Origin: Chloroflexia bacterium
GTDB taxonomy: Bacteria; Chloroflexota; Chloroflexia; Thermomicrobiales; UBA6265
DNA length: 64,000 nucleotides
Direction of reading: 5' to 3'
Assembly: GCA_013698305.1 (NCBI GenBank)
Contig: JACCVC010000168.1
Span: 8,737 to 72,736, forward strand
The position numbers and the translations under genes are program-made. Shown in pieces: positions 38,636 through 48,194 of the stretch; within the stretch, counting starts at the first letter, position 1; every line of letters starts with the position of its first letter. The notes under the pieces are model-generated. The model was not told where the DNA came from, did not search any database, and saw only the letters and a program-made list of their open reading frames with translations.

Positions 38636-39118
38636 ATGAGCGGCTATCGATTCAATGTCATCGACCCAACAGGAGTGGTGAGCTTTCTGGGACCTCGTCA
38701 CGGCTCCAAGATGATCGCGGCCGCGTGTGGAGCAAATCACAAGGACGTGGATGGAGTGCTGACGTTCGTTCATTCTCTCGACGAACTCTGGGCTCGCGAG
38801 ATTGAGCGGGGACTCGAAGCCTTCGACGCCGAGAAGCGCAGCGAGCCAGCTGGCGCCCTCAGCAGCGACGTGGCAGCCGAGCGCCGAGATTGGCTCAGAC
38901 CGTTCCGTGTGGTCGATCAGGAAACTCGTCAGGCGAGCATGAAACCGGGCCCACTGGGGTTGCTCGTGGTCAATCTCAAGGAGCACCGAATCATCCAGGT
39001 CGATAACCGCTCGATCGGCCTGCGCCGAACGGACCGCGGGCGCGTGCGTCGGAATGGCAAACCGACCCGCATGTTGTTTCGGTATCGATTGCCGTCGGAT
39101 TGGGCGATCGTACCCTAG
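38636..39118 (+). CDS. Hypothetical protein
   Basis: The GC3-rich frame is preferred over the antisense 128-aa ORF. GGAGAG RBS 6 nt before ATG 38636. No family recognised. Confidence 0.55.
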   Translation: MSGYRFNVIDPTGVVSFLGPRHGSKMIAAACGANHKDVDGVLTFVHSLDELWAREIERGLEAFDAEKRSEPAGALSSDVAAERRDWLRPFRVVDQETRQASMKPGPLGLLVVNLKEHRIIQVDNRSIGLRRTDRGRVRRNGKPTRMLFRYRLPSDWAIVP

Positions 39119-40119
39119 CGAGAGTTCCTGCCGTTTCGGTCTCGTGATCGGCCAAGACCGCCAAGGAACATCCTTCCCATCTGATCGCCAAACGAGTGCT
39201 TGTCAGCCTGGCGCTGGGTCTCGGTCAACGCCTCGTCGGTCCGGTTGACGGTAAGCTCCAGCCGGGCACGATCATCCTGGGCTTGTTCGAGATATGAGAA
39301 CAGCTTGTTTGCGCCTTCGTCCGAGTCGTCGGCGACCAGCGTCCTGAGCTCACTCAGGGATTCGATGTACTGGTCGATCCAGCGACCGATCGCATCGCGG
39401 TTGGTGATGGCGATGTCCCGGTGCATCTCCGGGCTTCCCAGCGCCAGGCGAGTTGTGTCGCGCAGGCCGGACGACGCCAGCGACCGCATGTCGCGCCAGG
39501 CCGGATCGGCCGTGACCGCGCGAACCAGCGCGGCGGCAGACAGGAAGGGCAGGTGGCTGACGGCGGCGACATAGCTGTCATGTTCGGTGGGGTCCACAAA
39601 GTAGGATTCCGCGCCGACCGCGGCGACGATGCCGAGCACCGTGCGAATGGCCTCTTCGCCAGCTGTAACCGCCGGGCTGACCACCCACGTTGCGCCCTTG
39701 AACAGGTCGGGGTCGGCGGCGTCGAGGCTCTCCGCCTTGCCGGCCATGGGATGGCCACCGACAAAGGAAACTGTGGACGGCAGGGATCGCGCCCACTCCA
39801 TCACGTCGACCTTGGTCGAGCCAGTGTCCGTGACGATCGCGCCGGACTTGAGGTCCTCAGCGATGTCTTCCATCACCTGCTTCATCGCCTGGACCGGGGT
39901 GGAGAGGACGACGACATCGGCGTTGGCGACCGCCTTGCCAAGCGACCATTCCGAACTGTCGATCGCGCCCAGCTTCTTCGCCTTGTTCTGCCGGGAGACA
40001 TCCTCGTCAAAGCCGACGATGGTGAGGCTGTTGTCGTTGACGCGAGACCAGCGTTTGAGCGCAAGTCCGATCGAGCCACCGATGAGTCCCAGACCAATGA
40101 TGGTCACCTGCTGCGCCAC
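39115..40119 (-). CDS. tyrA: Prephenate/arogenate dehydrogenase
   Basis: N-terminal Rossmann motif VTIIGLGLIGGSIG and a PDH-domain core (GGHPMAG, HD..VA..SHLP). GTG start. Confidence 0.88.
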   Translation of the reverse strand: MAQQVTIIGLGLIGGSIGLALKRWSRVNDNSLTIVGFDEDVSRQNKAKKLGAIDSSEWSLGKAVANADVVVLSTPVQAMKQVMEDIAEDLKSGAIVTDTGSTKVDVMEWARSLPSTVSFVGGHPMAGKAESLDAADPDLFKGATWVVSPAVTAGEEAIRTVLGIVAAVGAESYFVDPTEHDSYVAAVSHLPFLSAAALVRAVTADPAWRDMRSLASSGLRDTTRLALGSPEMHRDIAITNRDAIGRWIDQYIESLSELRTLVADDSDEGANKLFSYLEQAQDDRARLELTVNRTDEALTETQRQADKHSFGDQMGRMFLGGLGRSRDRNGRNSR

Positions 40120-40161
40120 ACCTGTGTCCTTTCTGCCTGCGTTCCGGAGGCAGCGTTCGAG

Positions 40162-40785
40162 CTATGGTTCGAACTCGTTCGTGTCGATTTCCCGAACCCA
40201 ACCTTCCAAAACATCTTCATTGTCATCAGTAGGTTCGGTGCGGAACCTCATCCAGCGGACTCCGTCCTGTTCCGAGTCTTCTCCGAGGTATTCTAGTGGA
40301 GTCGCTGCAGGGAGCGTCGTCAGGATGCTGGTGTCGGTCCCTGGCCCTTCTCGGAGATTGATGGAGGTGCCGTTCCCGATCTGAAAATCTGGATCAAACG
40401 CGCCGTCGTCACCATTCTCTTCGTCTTCGGTAGCTTCTTGCGCCTCTAGATCGGAGGCGGGGGTTGGAGTCGGCACGGACTCGGCGCTGTTTGGTGGTGC
40501 TTCGTTCGTGTCCTCTGCTTCTTCGTCAGCTTGGCCGAGATCGAGGCCAGAGAAGGAGGGAACTTCCGCAAGGTCCTCGGCGACGTTGGTATCTTCGGCG
40601 TCGTCGTTCGGAGCGGAACTATCGGCGCTCGACACGAAGTCGGAAGTGAATCCTTCGAGGGCGGTATAAATGACGGTAAAGGCAACGGCGCAGAACGCGA
40701 CCGTCACGACCATGGAAATGCCGATCATGAGGCCGGCTCGGCGAGAACGTTGGCTCAGGCGATGAGTGAGACCCCGGTCGGACAT
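40162..40785 (-). CDS. Membrane-anchored protein with acidic linker and C-terminal bacterial SH3-like domain
   Basis: N-terminal TM helix (LMIGISMVVTVAFCAVAFTVIY), Asp/Glu-rich linker and a C-terminal NLREGPGTDTSILTTL...GWV pattern typical of SH3b domains. Confidence 0.65.
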   Translation of the reverse strand: MSDRGLTHRLSQRSRRAGLMIGISMVVTVAFCAVAFTVIYTALEGFTSDFVSSADSSAPNDDAEDTNVAEDLAEVPSFSGLDLGQADEEAEDTNEAPPNSAESVPTPTPASDLEAQEATEDEENGDDGAFDPDFQIGNGTSINLREGPGTDTSILTTLPAATPLEYLGEDSEQDGVRWMRFRTEPTDDNEDVLEGWVREIDTNEFEP

Positions 40786-40913
40786 ACACTTCTCTCAGTT
40801 GAGGATGGTAAATCGAACTGTGCGGCTTCATCACAGCTTCAGGTGGCTCCCAACGCATAACAGGCAGTAGTGGCTGCGTCTACAAGGGGAGGGCCGCGAA
40901 CAGTAACGCGATG

Positions 40914-40922
40914 TTTATACCA
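40914..40922 (-). promoter_or_regulatory. Candidate extended -10 element (TGGTATAAA) for the SH3-domain gene
   Basis: The reverse complement of 40914-40922 reads TGGTATAAA, about 130 nt upstream of ATG 40785. Confidence 0.25.
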
Positions 40923-40972
40923 CGGAGCCAGATTCTGCCCTGAAACCGGGCGTTGGAGCGGCGAATTCACGG

Positions 40973-41002
40973 TCGACCGGTGGCCCAGGCAAATGGTATA
41001 CT
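40973..41002 (+). promoter_or_regulatory. Candidate promoter of the nusA operon
   Basis: TCGACC (40973-40978), 18-nt spacer, extended -10 TGGTATACT (40994-41002). About 220 nt upstream of nusA. Confidence 0.3.
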
Positions 41003-41030
41003 TCGTCAGCGTAATTGATCTTTTGTGATC

Positions 41031-41063
41031 AAACGTGGGTTGCGGCCCACGTTTCTTGGTGTT
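41031..41063 (+). promoter_or_regulatory. Terminator-like hairpin in the nusA leader (possible attenuator)
   Basis: 9-bp stem AAACGTGGG / CCCACGTTT with loop TTGCGG, followed by CTTGGTGTT. Confidence 0.3.
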
Positions 41064-41223
41064 CACGGGTCAACGCTTGTCTCGGTCCCTCGGCGTTCGC
41101 GGGCCGTCCTCGATCGCCTTGCCAAAAAGCTCGGATGTGAGGTCGCGTTCGCAATTCGTGTACGAGCACGGGTCCGGGAAATACGAACCGTGGAAAGATA
41201 CAAACAAAGAGGAGGTGCGCGGC

Positions 41224-42579
41224 ATGAAGGGAGAACTCTACACTGCTATCGCCCAGATTGCGGCAGAGCGCGGAATTCCGAGGGATGCAGTGCTTGCCTC
41301 GGTTCAGGAAGCGCTGACGTCAGTTTACAAGAAGAATACCGGCAGCGAAGAGGACGTTCGGATCGAGCTTGATTCCGCCTCCGGCGAGATGCAGGTGATC
41401 GTCGTCAAGACGGTTGTGACCAGTGTCGAGAACCGCGACCTGGAAATGGCCGTAGAAGAAGCGCAGATTCACGTTCCTGGCGCCGAACCTGGCGATGTGG
41501 TCAAGATCCAGCGAACGCCTGAGAACTTTGGCCGAATTGCGGCGCAAACCGTCAAGCAGGTGGTCCACTCTCGCATCCGGGATTTCGAGCGAGAGAATAT
41601 CTTTCGCGAGTACCAGGACAAGGAGGGTGAGGTCCTCAATGGGGTTGTCCAGCGAGCCGACAGCCGGGCGGTGATCATCGAGCTTGGCAAGGCAGAAGCT
41701 GTCATGCCGGCACGAGAGCAGGTGCCCAGCGAGCGCTACCGAACCAACCAGCGGATCAAGGTGCTGCTCACCGAAGTGAACAGCCATTCCCGTGGACCGC
41801 AGTTGATCGTCAGCCGGTCAGACGCCCGCATGATCCGGCGTCTGTTCGAGCAGGAAGTGCCCGAAATCCAGAGCGGCGCGGTCGAGATCATGGAGATCGC
41901 GCGAGAACCAGGACTTCGGTCCAAGGTTGCGGTGGCGGCCCGCCAGGAGAAGGTCGACCCGGTCGGTTCCTGCGTGGGCGTTCGTGGAGTTCGTATCCAG
42001 AACATCGTGAATGAGCTCTATGGTGAGAAGATCGACGTGATCGAGTGGTCGCCGGACACGGCATCGTTCATCTCGAACGCGCTGAGCCCGGCCAAGCCAA
42101 CGAACGTCTCGCTCGGCGAAGACGGTGACCAGCGGGTCGCCACCGTGATTGTGCCGACCGACCAGATGTCGCTGGCAATTGGCAAGGAAGGGCAAAATGC
42201 CCGCCTTGCGTTCAAGCTGACTGGTTGGAGAATCGACATCAAGGGTCCGGAATCCCTGCTCGAAGACGGGGGAGAATTCTTCCGAAGCGCCAGCGAATCA
42301 TCCGGGGGCATGATGCCCGACTTTGGCTGGCAGGGCCGACAGCCACGCGCCGTGCAGGCCGACGGCACATTTACCGTCACCAGCAAGACATACGGTCCGT
42401 TGGCCGAAGACCTTGTCCGCAAGCAGGTGGATGTCGACATTCAGCAGGGCGTGGTCGAGGTGTTCTACGAACGCGAGCTTCGGGCCCGCTTCGACCAGGA
42501 AACTGGCGATGAGCTGAATCTCGATGACGACATGAGGGTTGCCGCCGTGAGCGTTGCGCCTCAACAGGAAGAAGAATAG
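41224..42579 (+). CDS. nusA: Transcription termination/antitermination factor NusA (with about 110-aa C-terminal extension)
   Basis: N-terminal domain, S1 and two KH domains (…VGSCVGVRGVRIQNI…, …AIGKEGQNARLAFKLTGWRIDIK). GAGGAGG RBS before ATG 41224. Confidence 0.95.
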   Translation: MKGELYTAIAQIAAERGIPRDAVLASVQEALTSVYKKNTGSEEDVRIELDSASGEMQVIVVKTVVTSVENRDLEMAVEEAQIHVPGAEPGDVVKIQRTPENFGRIAAQTVKQVVHSRIRDFERENIFREYQDKEGEVLNGVVQRADSRAVIIELGKAEAVMPAREQVPSERYRTNQRIKVLLTEVNSHSRGPQLIVSRSDARMIRRLFEQEVPEIQSGAVEIMEIAREPGLRSKVAVAARQEKVDPVGSCVGVRGVRIQNIVNELYGEKIDVIEWSPDTASFISNALSPAKPTNVSLGEDGDQRVATVIVPTDQMSLAIGKEGQNARLAFKLTGWRIDIKGPESLLEDGGEFFRSASESSGGMMPDFGWQGRQPRAVQADGTFTVTSKTYGPLAEDLVRKQVDVDIQQGVVEVFYERELRARFDQETGDELNLDDDMRVAAVSVAPQQEEE

Positions 42580-42596
42580 GAAGGGGTGGCGCGTCG

Positions 42597-42947
42597 ATGG
42601 CGAGCACTCCTAATCAGGCGGATCGCAATCGTCAACGCAAGAGTCCCAGGCCGAAGCACGTTCCGCAGCGAACCTGTATTTCATGCCGGCAGAAGGGCGA
42701 CAAGCGCGGGCTGATCCGTATCGTTCGCACGCCTGAGCATCTGGTCGAGATAGACCCGACAGGGAAGCGAAATGGGCGGGGCGCGTACCTATGCCACCAG
42801 GAGCGATGCTGGGATCGGGCGCTTTCCGGAACGATGCTGGGGAAGGCATTGAACACGGAACTTCCTGACGACACAAGACAGGAACTCAAGACATTCGCGG
42901 CGACACTTGGCGACGACGCGGAAGCGCGTATCGCGGAAAATTCATAA
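42597..42947 (+). CDS. ylxR: YlxR/RnpM-family (DUF448) RNA-binding protein
   Basis: RTCISCRQKGDKRGLIRIV...DPTGKRNGRGAYLC is the family signature. Canonical position between nusA and infB. Confidence 0.9.
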   Translation: MASTPNQADRNRQRKSPRPKHVPQRTCISCRQKGDKRGLIRIVRTPEHLVEIDPTGKRNGRGAYLCHQERCWDRALSGTMLGKALNTELPDDTRQELKTFAATLGDDAEARIAENS

Positions 42948-42959
42948 GGAGACGGCACT

Positions 42960-44849
42960 ATGACAGATACTCGAGGACGCGGCAGAAACGCTCCACGCGT
43001 TGCGGGGCGACGAGGTCGTCGCAGCGGCAGCGGATCGGCACGGACGGTCGCGGTCAAGCGCGTTGCGCCAGCCGAGCGAGAGCCGGTGGTGCTTCCACCA
43101 GTGATGTCGGTCACTGAGCTGGCGGAAAAGCTGGACATGGGGGGGATCGAAGTGATCCGCGAGTTGATGAAGCTCGGGATCATGGCGAATCTCAATCAGC
43201 AGGTCGACTACGCAACCGCGGCAAAAGTGGCGACAGAGTTGGAGTGGGAGACGCTGGAGGAGGAATCCGCCGGAAACAACGCGGTGGCCAACTTCGAGGC
43301 GCGACGGCTCGAAAGCGATCAGGACCCAGACGCGACCGCGCGACCGCCGGTCATCACGATCATGGGTCATGTCGATCACGGCAAGACCAAATTGCTGGAT
43401 ACCATTCGCTCGGAGAACGTGGCGGAAGGCGAAGCTGGCGGGATCACCCAGCATATCGGCGCCTATCAGATCGAGCGACAGGGACGCAAACTCACGTTTC
43501 TGGATACTCCCGGTCACGAGGCATTCACCGCGATGCGCGCGCGCGGGGCGCAGGCGACAGACATCGCCGTGCTGGTTGTTGCCGCCGATGACGGCGTGAT
43601 GCCGACCACCCGCGAGGCGATTGCCCACATCCGTAGCGCGGATGTGCCGATGGTGGTGGCGGTCAACAAGATCGACCTGCCGTCGGCAAACCCGGACCGG
43701 GTAAAGCAGCAGCTTTCGGAAGCTGGCGTGATGCCGGAAGAGTGGGGCGGAGACGTGCCGCTGGTCGAGGTGTCCGCCAAGGACGGTCACGGCATCGACG
43801 ATCTTCTTGAGGTGTTGCTGCTCGTCGCGGACGTCCATGAATTGAAGGCGAACCCCGACAAGATCGCTTCCGGCGTGGTGGTGGAAGCGAGGGTCGAGAG
43901 TAGCCGTGGCGCGGTGGCGACATTGCTCGTTCAAAGCGGAACGCTCAATTTGCGCGATGTGATCGTTGCGGGCAGCACCTGGGGCAAGACCAAGGCGATG
44001 TTCGATGATCATGCGAAACGGGTGCGACGCGCGGGACCGAGCATGCCGGTCGAGGTGCTTGGCTTGATGGATGTGCCGCAGGCCGGCGACACATTCATGG
44101 CCTTCGAGGATGAGAAAGCTGCCAGGCAGCTGGCTGAGCAACGACAGGCGCAGCGCCGAATCCAGTCATTGACCGACAATCGGCCGGTCAAGCTCACCGA
44201 GCTGTACGACCAGGTACAGGAAGGCACCACTGCTGAGTTGAGAGTCATCCTCAAGGCCGACGTGCAGGGCTCGCTGGGCGCGATCCAGAACGCGCTGCTG
44301 AAACTCAATGACGAGACGGACCAAAGTGTCCAGCTCTCGATCCAGTTCTCCGGAACAGGCGCGATCTCCGAGTCAGATATTAATCTGGCGTCGACAACGA
44401 ACAGCATCGTGATCGGATTCAACGTCCGCCCGGATGTCGCCGCCAAGCGCATGGCGGACGTAACCGGTGTCGATGTTCGCTACTACAGCGTCATCTACGG
44501 GTTGCTAGATGAGGTCAAGTTGGCGATCACGGGCCTGCTTGCGCCGATATTCGAGGATGTCACCGACGGGTACGCGGAAGTCCGTGATACGTTCAAGTTG
44601 CCGTCGAACGATGTGGTGGCCGGGCTCTACGTGCTGGACGGCAAGGTTCCGCGCAATTCGCGGGCGCGGGTGCTGCGAAGCGGCACGGTGATGTTCGAAG
44701 GCAAGATCGCGTCCCTCAAGCGCTTTAAGGATGACGTGCGCGAAGTGGCCGCTGGATACGAATGTGGCCTCGGGCTCGAAGGATTTAACGACCTGCAAGT
44801 TGGGGATCAGATCGAGTTCCTGCACACCGAAGAAGTCGCGCGCACGTAG
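42960..44849 (+). CDS. infB: Translation initiation factor IF-2
   Basis: GTPase motifs [20 protein letters not shown] and NKID. C-terminal domains conserved. AAGGAG RBS. Confidence 0.97.
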   Translation: MTDTRGRGRNAPRVAGRRGRRSGSGSARTVAVKRVAPAEREPVVLPPVMSVTELAEKLDMGGIEVIRELMKLGIMANLNQQVDYATAAKVATELEWETLEEESAGNNAVANFEARRLESDQDPDATARPPVITIMGHVDHGKTKLLDTIRSENVAEGEAGGITQHIGAYQIERQGRKLTFLDTPGHEAFTAMRARGAQATDIAVLVVAADDGVMPTTREAIAHIRSADVPMVVAVNKIDLPSANPDRVKQQLSEAGVMPEEWGGDVPLVEVSAKDGHGIDDLLEVLLLVADVHELKANPDKIASGVVVEARVESSRGAVATLLVQSGTLNLRDVIVAGSTWGKTKAMFDDHAKRVRRAGPSMPVEVLGLMDVPQAGDTFMAFEDEKAARQLAEQRQAQRRIQSLTDNRPVKLTELYDQVQEGTTAELRVILKADVQGSLGAIQNALLKLNDETDQSVQLSIQFSGTGAISESDINLASTTNSIVIGFNVRPDVAAKRMADVTGVDVRYYSVIYGLLDEVKLAITGLLAPIFEDVTDGYAEVRDTFKLPSNDVVAGLYVLDGKVPRNSRARVLRSGTVMFEGKIASLKRFKDDVREVAAGYECGLGLEGFNDLQVGDQIEFLHTEEVART

Positions 44850-44899
44850 CCGGATGCTGATCGAAGAAATTCTGACGTCGGCTGGAAAGCGAGACCTCC

Positions 44900-45295
44900 G
44901 TGACACGACGTACCCGACAAGTCGGTGAGCTGCTCAAGGAGGAGCTCGCCGACATCATCCGTCGAGAAGTTAAGGATCCGCGTATCGGATTCATGAGCAT
45001 CACAGAAGTCGATGTGACGCAAGACCTGCGCCAGGCTCGCGTGTTCATCAGCGTACTGCATGAAGAGGAACGAGCCGGGACAATGGATGCTCTTGCATCC
45101 GCCGCGTTGTTCATTCGGCATCATCTCAAGCCGCGCCTTCGCATGCGTCAAATCCCGATGCTGGAGTTTCGTGCCGACCGATCGATGGCCTATGCGCAGC
45201 ATATCTCCGAAACCCTTCGGCAAATCGAACGTCTGGACGCCGAACTGAACCGAGACCCGGAGGCTGGCACCGGGACAGGGGGGCAGACTGCATGA
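44900..45295 (+). CDS. rbfA: Ribosome-binding factor A
   Basis: RTRQVGELLKEELADIIRREVKDPR.GF.SITEVDVTQDL..A.VF.SV pattern. GTG start. Confidence 0.92.
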   Translation: MTRRTRQVGELLKEELADIIRREVKDPRIGFMSITEVDVTQDLRQARVFISVLHEEERAGTMDALASAALFIRHHLKPRLRMRQIPMLEFRADRSMAYAQHISETLRQIERLDAELNRDPEAGTGTGGQTA

Positions 45296-46299
45296 CGTCA
45301 CCTTCGTGGAGACTTGATCATACGGCCGCTGCCGAGGCACTAAAGTTGCTGCGGAGCGCACGGTGCGTGCTGATGCCGACGCATCAAAATGTAGATGCTG
45401 ACGGCCTGGCCTCGGCGATCGCGATGAGCAATGCACTGGCGCAGCTTGGAGTGACGGCCCGTCCGATGGTGTCCGATGGCGAGGTTCCGCATCAACTCGG
45501 GTTTCTGCCCGGTATTGAGGACGTGCTTGCATACGGTCGCGACGACTTGCCTGCATACGATCTGCTATGTCTCGTCGATTGTTCCGACCGGCGTCGTCTT
45601 GGCGACTTTTACGCAGACGATCCAGATCGGGTAAATGGCGACGTGCCGATCGTGAACATCGATCATCACGTCACCAATGACATGTTCGGGCAAGTCAACA
45701 TCGTTGTGCCAGAGGCCGCGTCCGCGTCCGAGATCGTCGCGGACATACTTCAGGCATGGAAGACCGACTTGACGCACGATATCGCACAGTGTTTGCTCGC
45801 GGGAATCTACGGGGATACGCTGGGACTCCGCACAGATTCTACCACGTCCAGGACCATGCGGACATCGGCGGACCTGGTCGATGCCGGAGCCGATCCCGCG
45901 CCGATCGTGGATGCGTTGTTCCGCGTCAAACCGCGATCATCGGTCTGTCTCTGGGAGCGGGCTCTTCGAAACGTTCAATACACTGGCGGCCTGATCTGGA
46001 CAGAGTTGACGCAGGATACGTTCGATCGCTGCGGCGCCTCGCCCGGTGAGGCCGAAGGGATGGTTAACTTCCTCGTCGGCACCGAAGGCTCTGGAGCGGC
46101 GGCAATACTTTACGCGAACGACAAGGGTTGGCGAGTCAGCCTGCGCAGCCTGCCGGACGGCGTTGACGTGGCCAGTGTCGCCGCCGAGTTCGGTGGGGGC
46201 GGTCACCCACGCGCGGCTGGTGTCCAGATCGACGGTGATGAAGATGCCAAGCGCTCCTTTGTCGAGCGCGTTGGCCAGCTGGCGCGGGACCATCGCTGA
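45292..46299 (+). CDS. nrnA: DHH-family phosphoesterase (NrnA-like oligoribonuclease / pAp phosphatase)
   Basis: DHH motifs (HQNVDADGLAS, DCSD, NIDHH) and DHHA1 motif GGGH. ATGA overlap with rbfA. Confidence 0.85.
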   Translation: MTSPSWRLDHTAAAEALKLLRSARCVLMPTHQNVDADGLASAIAMSNALAQLGVTARPMVSDGEVPHQLGFLPGIEDVLAYGRDDLPAYDLLCLVDCSDRRRLGDFYADDPDRVNGDVPIVNIDHHVTNDMFGQVNIVVPEAASASEIVADILQAWKTDLTHDIAQCLLAGIYGDTLGLRTDSTTSRTMRTSADLVDAGADPAPIVDALFRVKPRSSVCLWERALRNVQYTGGLIWTELTQDTFDRCGASPGEAEGMVNFLVGTEGSGAAAILYANDKGWRVSLRSLPDGVDVASVAAEFGGGGHPRAAGVQIDGDEDAKRSFVERVGQLARDHR

Positions 46300-46304
46300 C
46301 GCCC

Positions 46305-47216
46305 ATGGCTCGACGACGTTCTGCTCCGCTGAGGAGCGGTTTTCTCAATATCGATAAACCACCGGGGTGGACGAGTCATGATGTGGTCGCCAGAGTGCGT
46401 CGCATTGTCGGAGAACGTCGCGTCGGCCACTCGGGCACGCTCGACCCTGCCGCTACTGGCGTTCTGCCGGTTGCGGTTGGGCATGCGACGAAGGTACTGT
46501 CATATCTCGAACACGATGGCAAGACCTACCTTGCCACGGTGAGATTCGGAGTCGAGACTGATTCGGGAGACCGCGACGGTGCGTTGGTTTCGCGGGATTC
46601 GGCGGGGCGCCTGGACGCAGCGGCAGTGAGAGCTGTTCTCGTTCGTTATGAGGGACGGCAAACGCAGACACCGCCCATGCACTCTGCGGCGCGGGTCGGT
46701 GGGCGACGGCTGCACGAGCTTGCCAGAAACGGTGAAGTCGTTGATATACCGGTTCGGACGGTGGAAGTGTTTCGCTGCGAACTGGTGTCATGGAGTCCTC
46801 CGGAGACTAGATTGCTCGTCACGTGTAGCAAGGGCACGTATATTCGCTCACTCGTTCGCGATATCGGGCGCGACATGGGATGTGGGGCCACCCTTATCAA
46901 TCTCGTGCGGGTCCGGGCGGGCGCATTTCACTTGCGTTCCAGCATTTCGATTCACGATCTGGAGCCGGCATTGGCCGCTTCCAGTTGGGGTTGGATAGCG
47001 CACCACCCGGATTTCGCGATGTCTGGATGCGATGTCGTGGTGTTGACACCGGCTGAAGCGCAACGATGGGCCAATGGTCAGGAGCTTGCGCGGTCCGGGA
47101 TTGCAGGGGACGTGCGCGTGTATGGCGCCGATTGGCAATGGGCAGGGACCGGCGTCTTCGACGAGACGGCGGGCGTGCTGCGCCCAACTCGCGTGATTCT
47201 CGGGAGGCTTTCGTAA
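46305..47216 (+). CDS. truB: tRNA pseudouridine(55) synthase
   Basis: GFLNIDKPPGWTSHDVV and the GHSGTLDP catalytic Asp motif. Confidence 0.93.
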   Translation: MARRRSAPLRSGFLNIDKPPGWTSHDVVARVRRIVGERRVGHSGTLDPAATGVLPVAVGHATKVLSYLEHDGKTYLATVRFGVETDSGDRDGALVSRDSAGRLDAAAVRAVLVRYEGRQTQTPPMHSAARVGGRRLHELARNGEVVDIPVRTVEVFRCELVSWSPPETRLLVTCSKGTYIRSLVRDIGRDMGCGATLINLVRVRAGAFHLRSSISIHDLEPALAASSWGWIAHHPDFAMSGCDVVVLTPAEAQRWANGQELARSGIAGDVRVYGADWQWAGTGVFDETAGVLRPTRVILGRLS

Positions 47217-48167
47217 ATGGCGCTTCCGGAACCTCTCTCCAATCTCACCGAGCTACCATTGGAGAAACGGGTCGTAACTATCGGCACGTTCGATGGCGTG
47301 CATCGAGGACATCAGGCGCTGCTTCATGCCGCTGCGACGCGGGCACGAGAACTCGGTCTTGCCTTGACTGTGATCACCTTTGATCCGGCGCCGGCGGCTG
47401 TCCTGCGGCCAGCCCAGTTCGACGGAGCGATTCTCTCGCTCGCTGACAAGGTCGCATTGCTGACGGCCGCCGGTGCTGATCAGGTCGTGGTGACGCCATT
47501 CACCACCGCGCTCGCTGCGCTTTCGGCTCGCGAGTTCTTTGAGGCCCTGGTTGGACAGGGATGTATGGAGGAGCTTTTTGTCGGCGAAGCGTTTGCGCTC
47601 GGGCGCAACCGTGAGGGGACAGTTGACGTGTTGGCGAAGCTGGGCGCCGAACACGGCGTTCGGATTGTCGCCTTGAATCGCATTGAGGACAATGGCGTGG
47701 TCGTCTCCAGCACCAGGGTCAGAAGAGTGATCCAGGCTGGTGACGTGAAGGCCGCTGGCGACATGCTTGGCCGGCCCTTCAAGATCGTTGGCGACGTTAT
47801 CCACGGCGCACATGTGGGCCGAACGATTGGCTATCCTACCGCGAACGTCTTGCCTCCGGAAGGGCAGGTTCAACTCGCCGACGGTATCTACGCGACGATG
47901 GCGGCGCTGCCGGGAGAAACGAAGCCGTTGCCGGCGATGACGTATATCGGTACGCGTCCCGCGTTGAACACCGGCAGGAGGCTGATCGAGACGCACATTC
48001 TCGACTTCGACGGTGATCTCTACGGCCAGTGCATAGCGGTGGAATTCATCGACAGGTTGCGGTCGGACGCGGACTTCCCATCGCTGGACGAGCTAGTGGC
48101 GCAGTTGCGGCGCGATGAGGCGGCAACACGGCGTGTGCTCACCGGGGCGGGGTTTTACAATAACTGA
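47217..48167 (+). CDS. ribF: Bifunctional riboflavin kinase / FMN adenylyltransferase
   Basis: GTFDGVHRGH at the N-terminus. C-terminal riboflavin kinase motifs (GYPTANV, E.H..DF). Confidence 0.93.
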   Translation: MALPEPLSNLTELPLEKRVVTIGTFDGVHRGHQALLHAAATRARELGLALTVITFDPAPAAVLRPAQFDGAILSLADKVALLTAAGADQVVVTPFTTALAALSAREFFEALVGQGCMEELFVGEAFALGRNREGTVDVLAKLGAEHGVRIVALNRIEDNGVVVSSTRVRRVIQAGDVKAAGDMLGRPFKIVGDVIHGAHVGRTIGYPTANVLPPEGQVQLADGIYATMAALPGETKPLPAMTYIGTRPALNTGRRLIETHILDFDGDLYGQCIAVEFIDRLRSDADFPSLDELVAQLRRDEAATRRVLTGAGFYNN

Positions 48168-48194
48168 CGTCGGTGGAATGCGGCGGCTCGCAAT

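Noticed and set aside
38600-38986. 128-aa minus-strand ORF
   Set aside because: It is antisense to the 38636-39118 plus-strand ORF. The plus-strand ORF has the better third-position GC bias and a GGAGAG RBS. I kept the plus-strand call, but only at moderate confidence.
40839-41372. 75-aa and 115-aa ORFs upstream of nusA, considered as a possible rimP
   Set aside because: Neither resembles RimP. They overlap the nusA start or leader and lack an RBS. I treat the region as non-coding.
42942-44141. 399-aa minus-strand ORF
   Set aside because: It is antisense to infB (IF-2). It is a shadow ORF.
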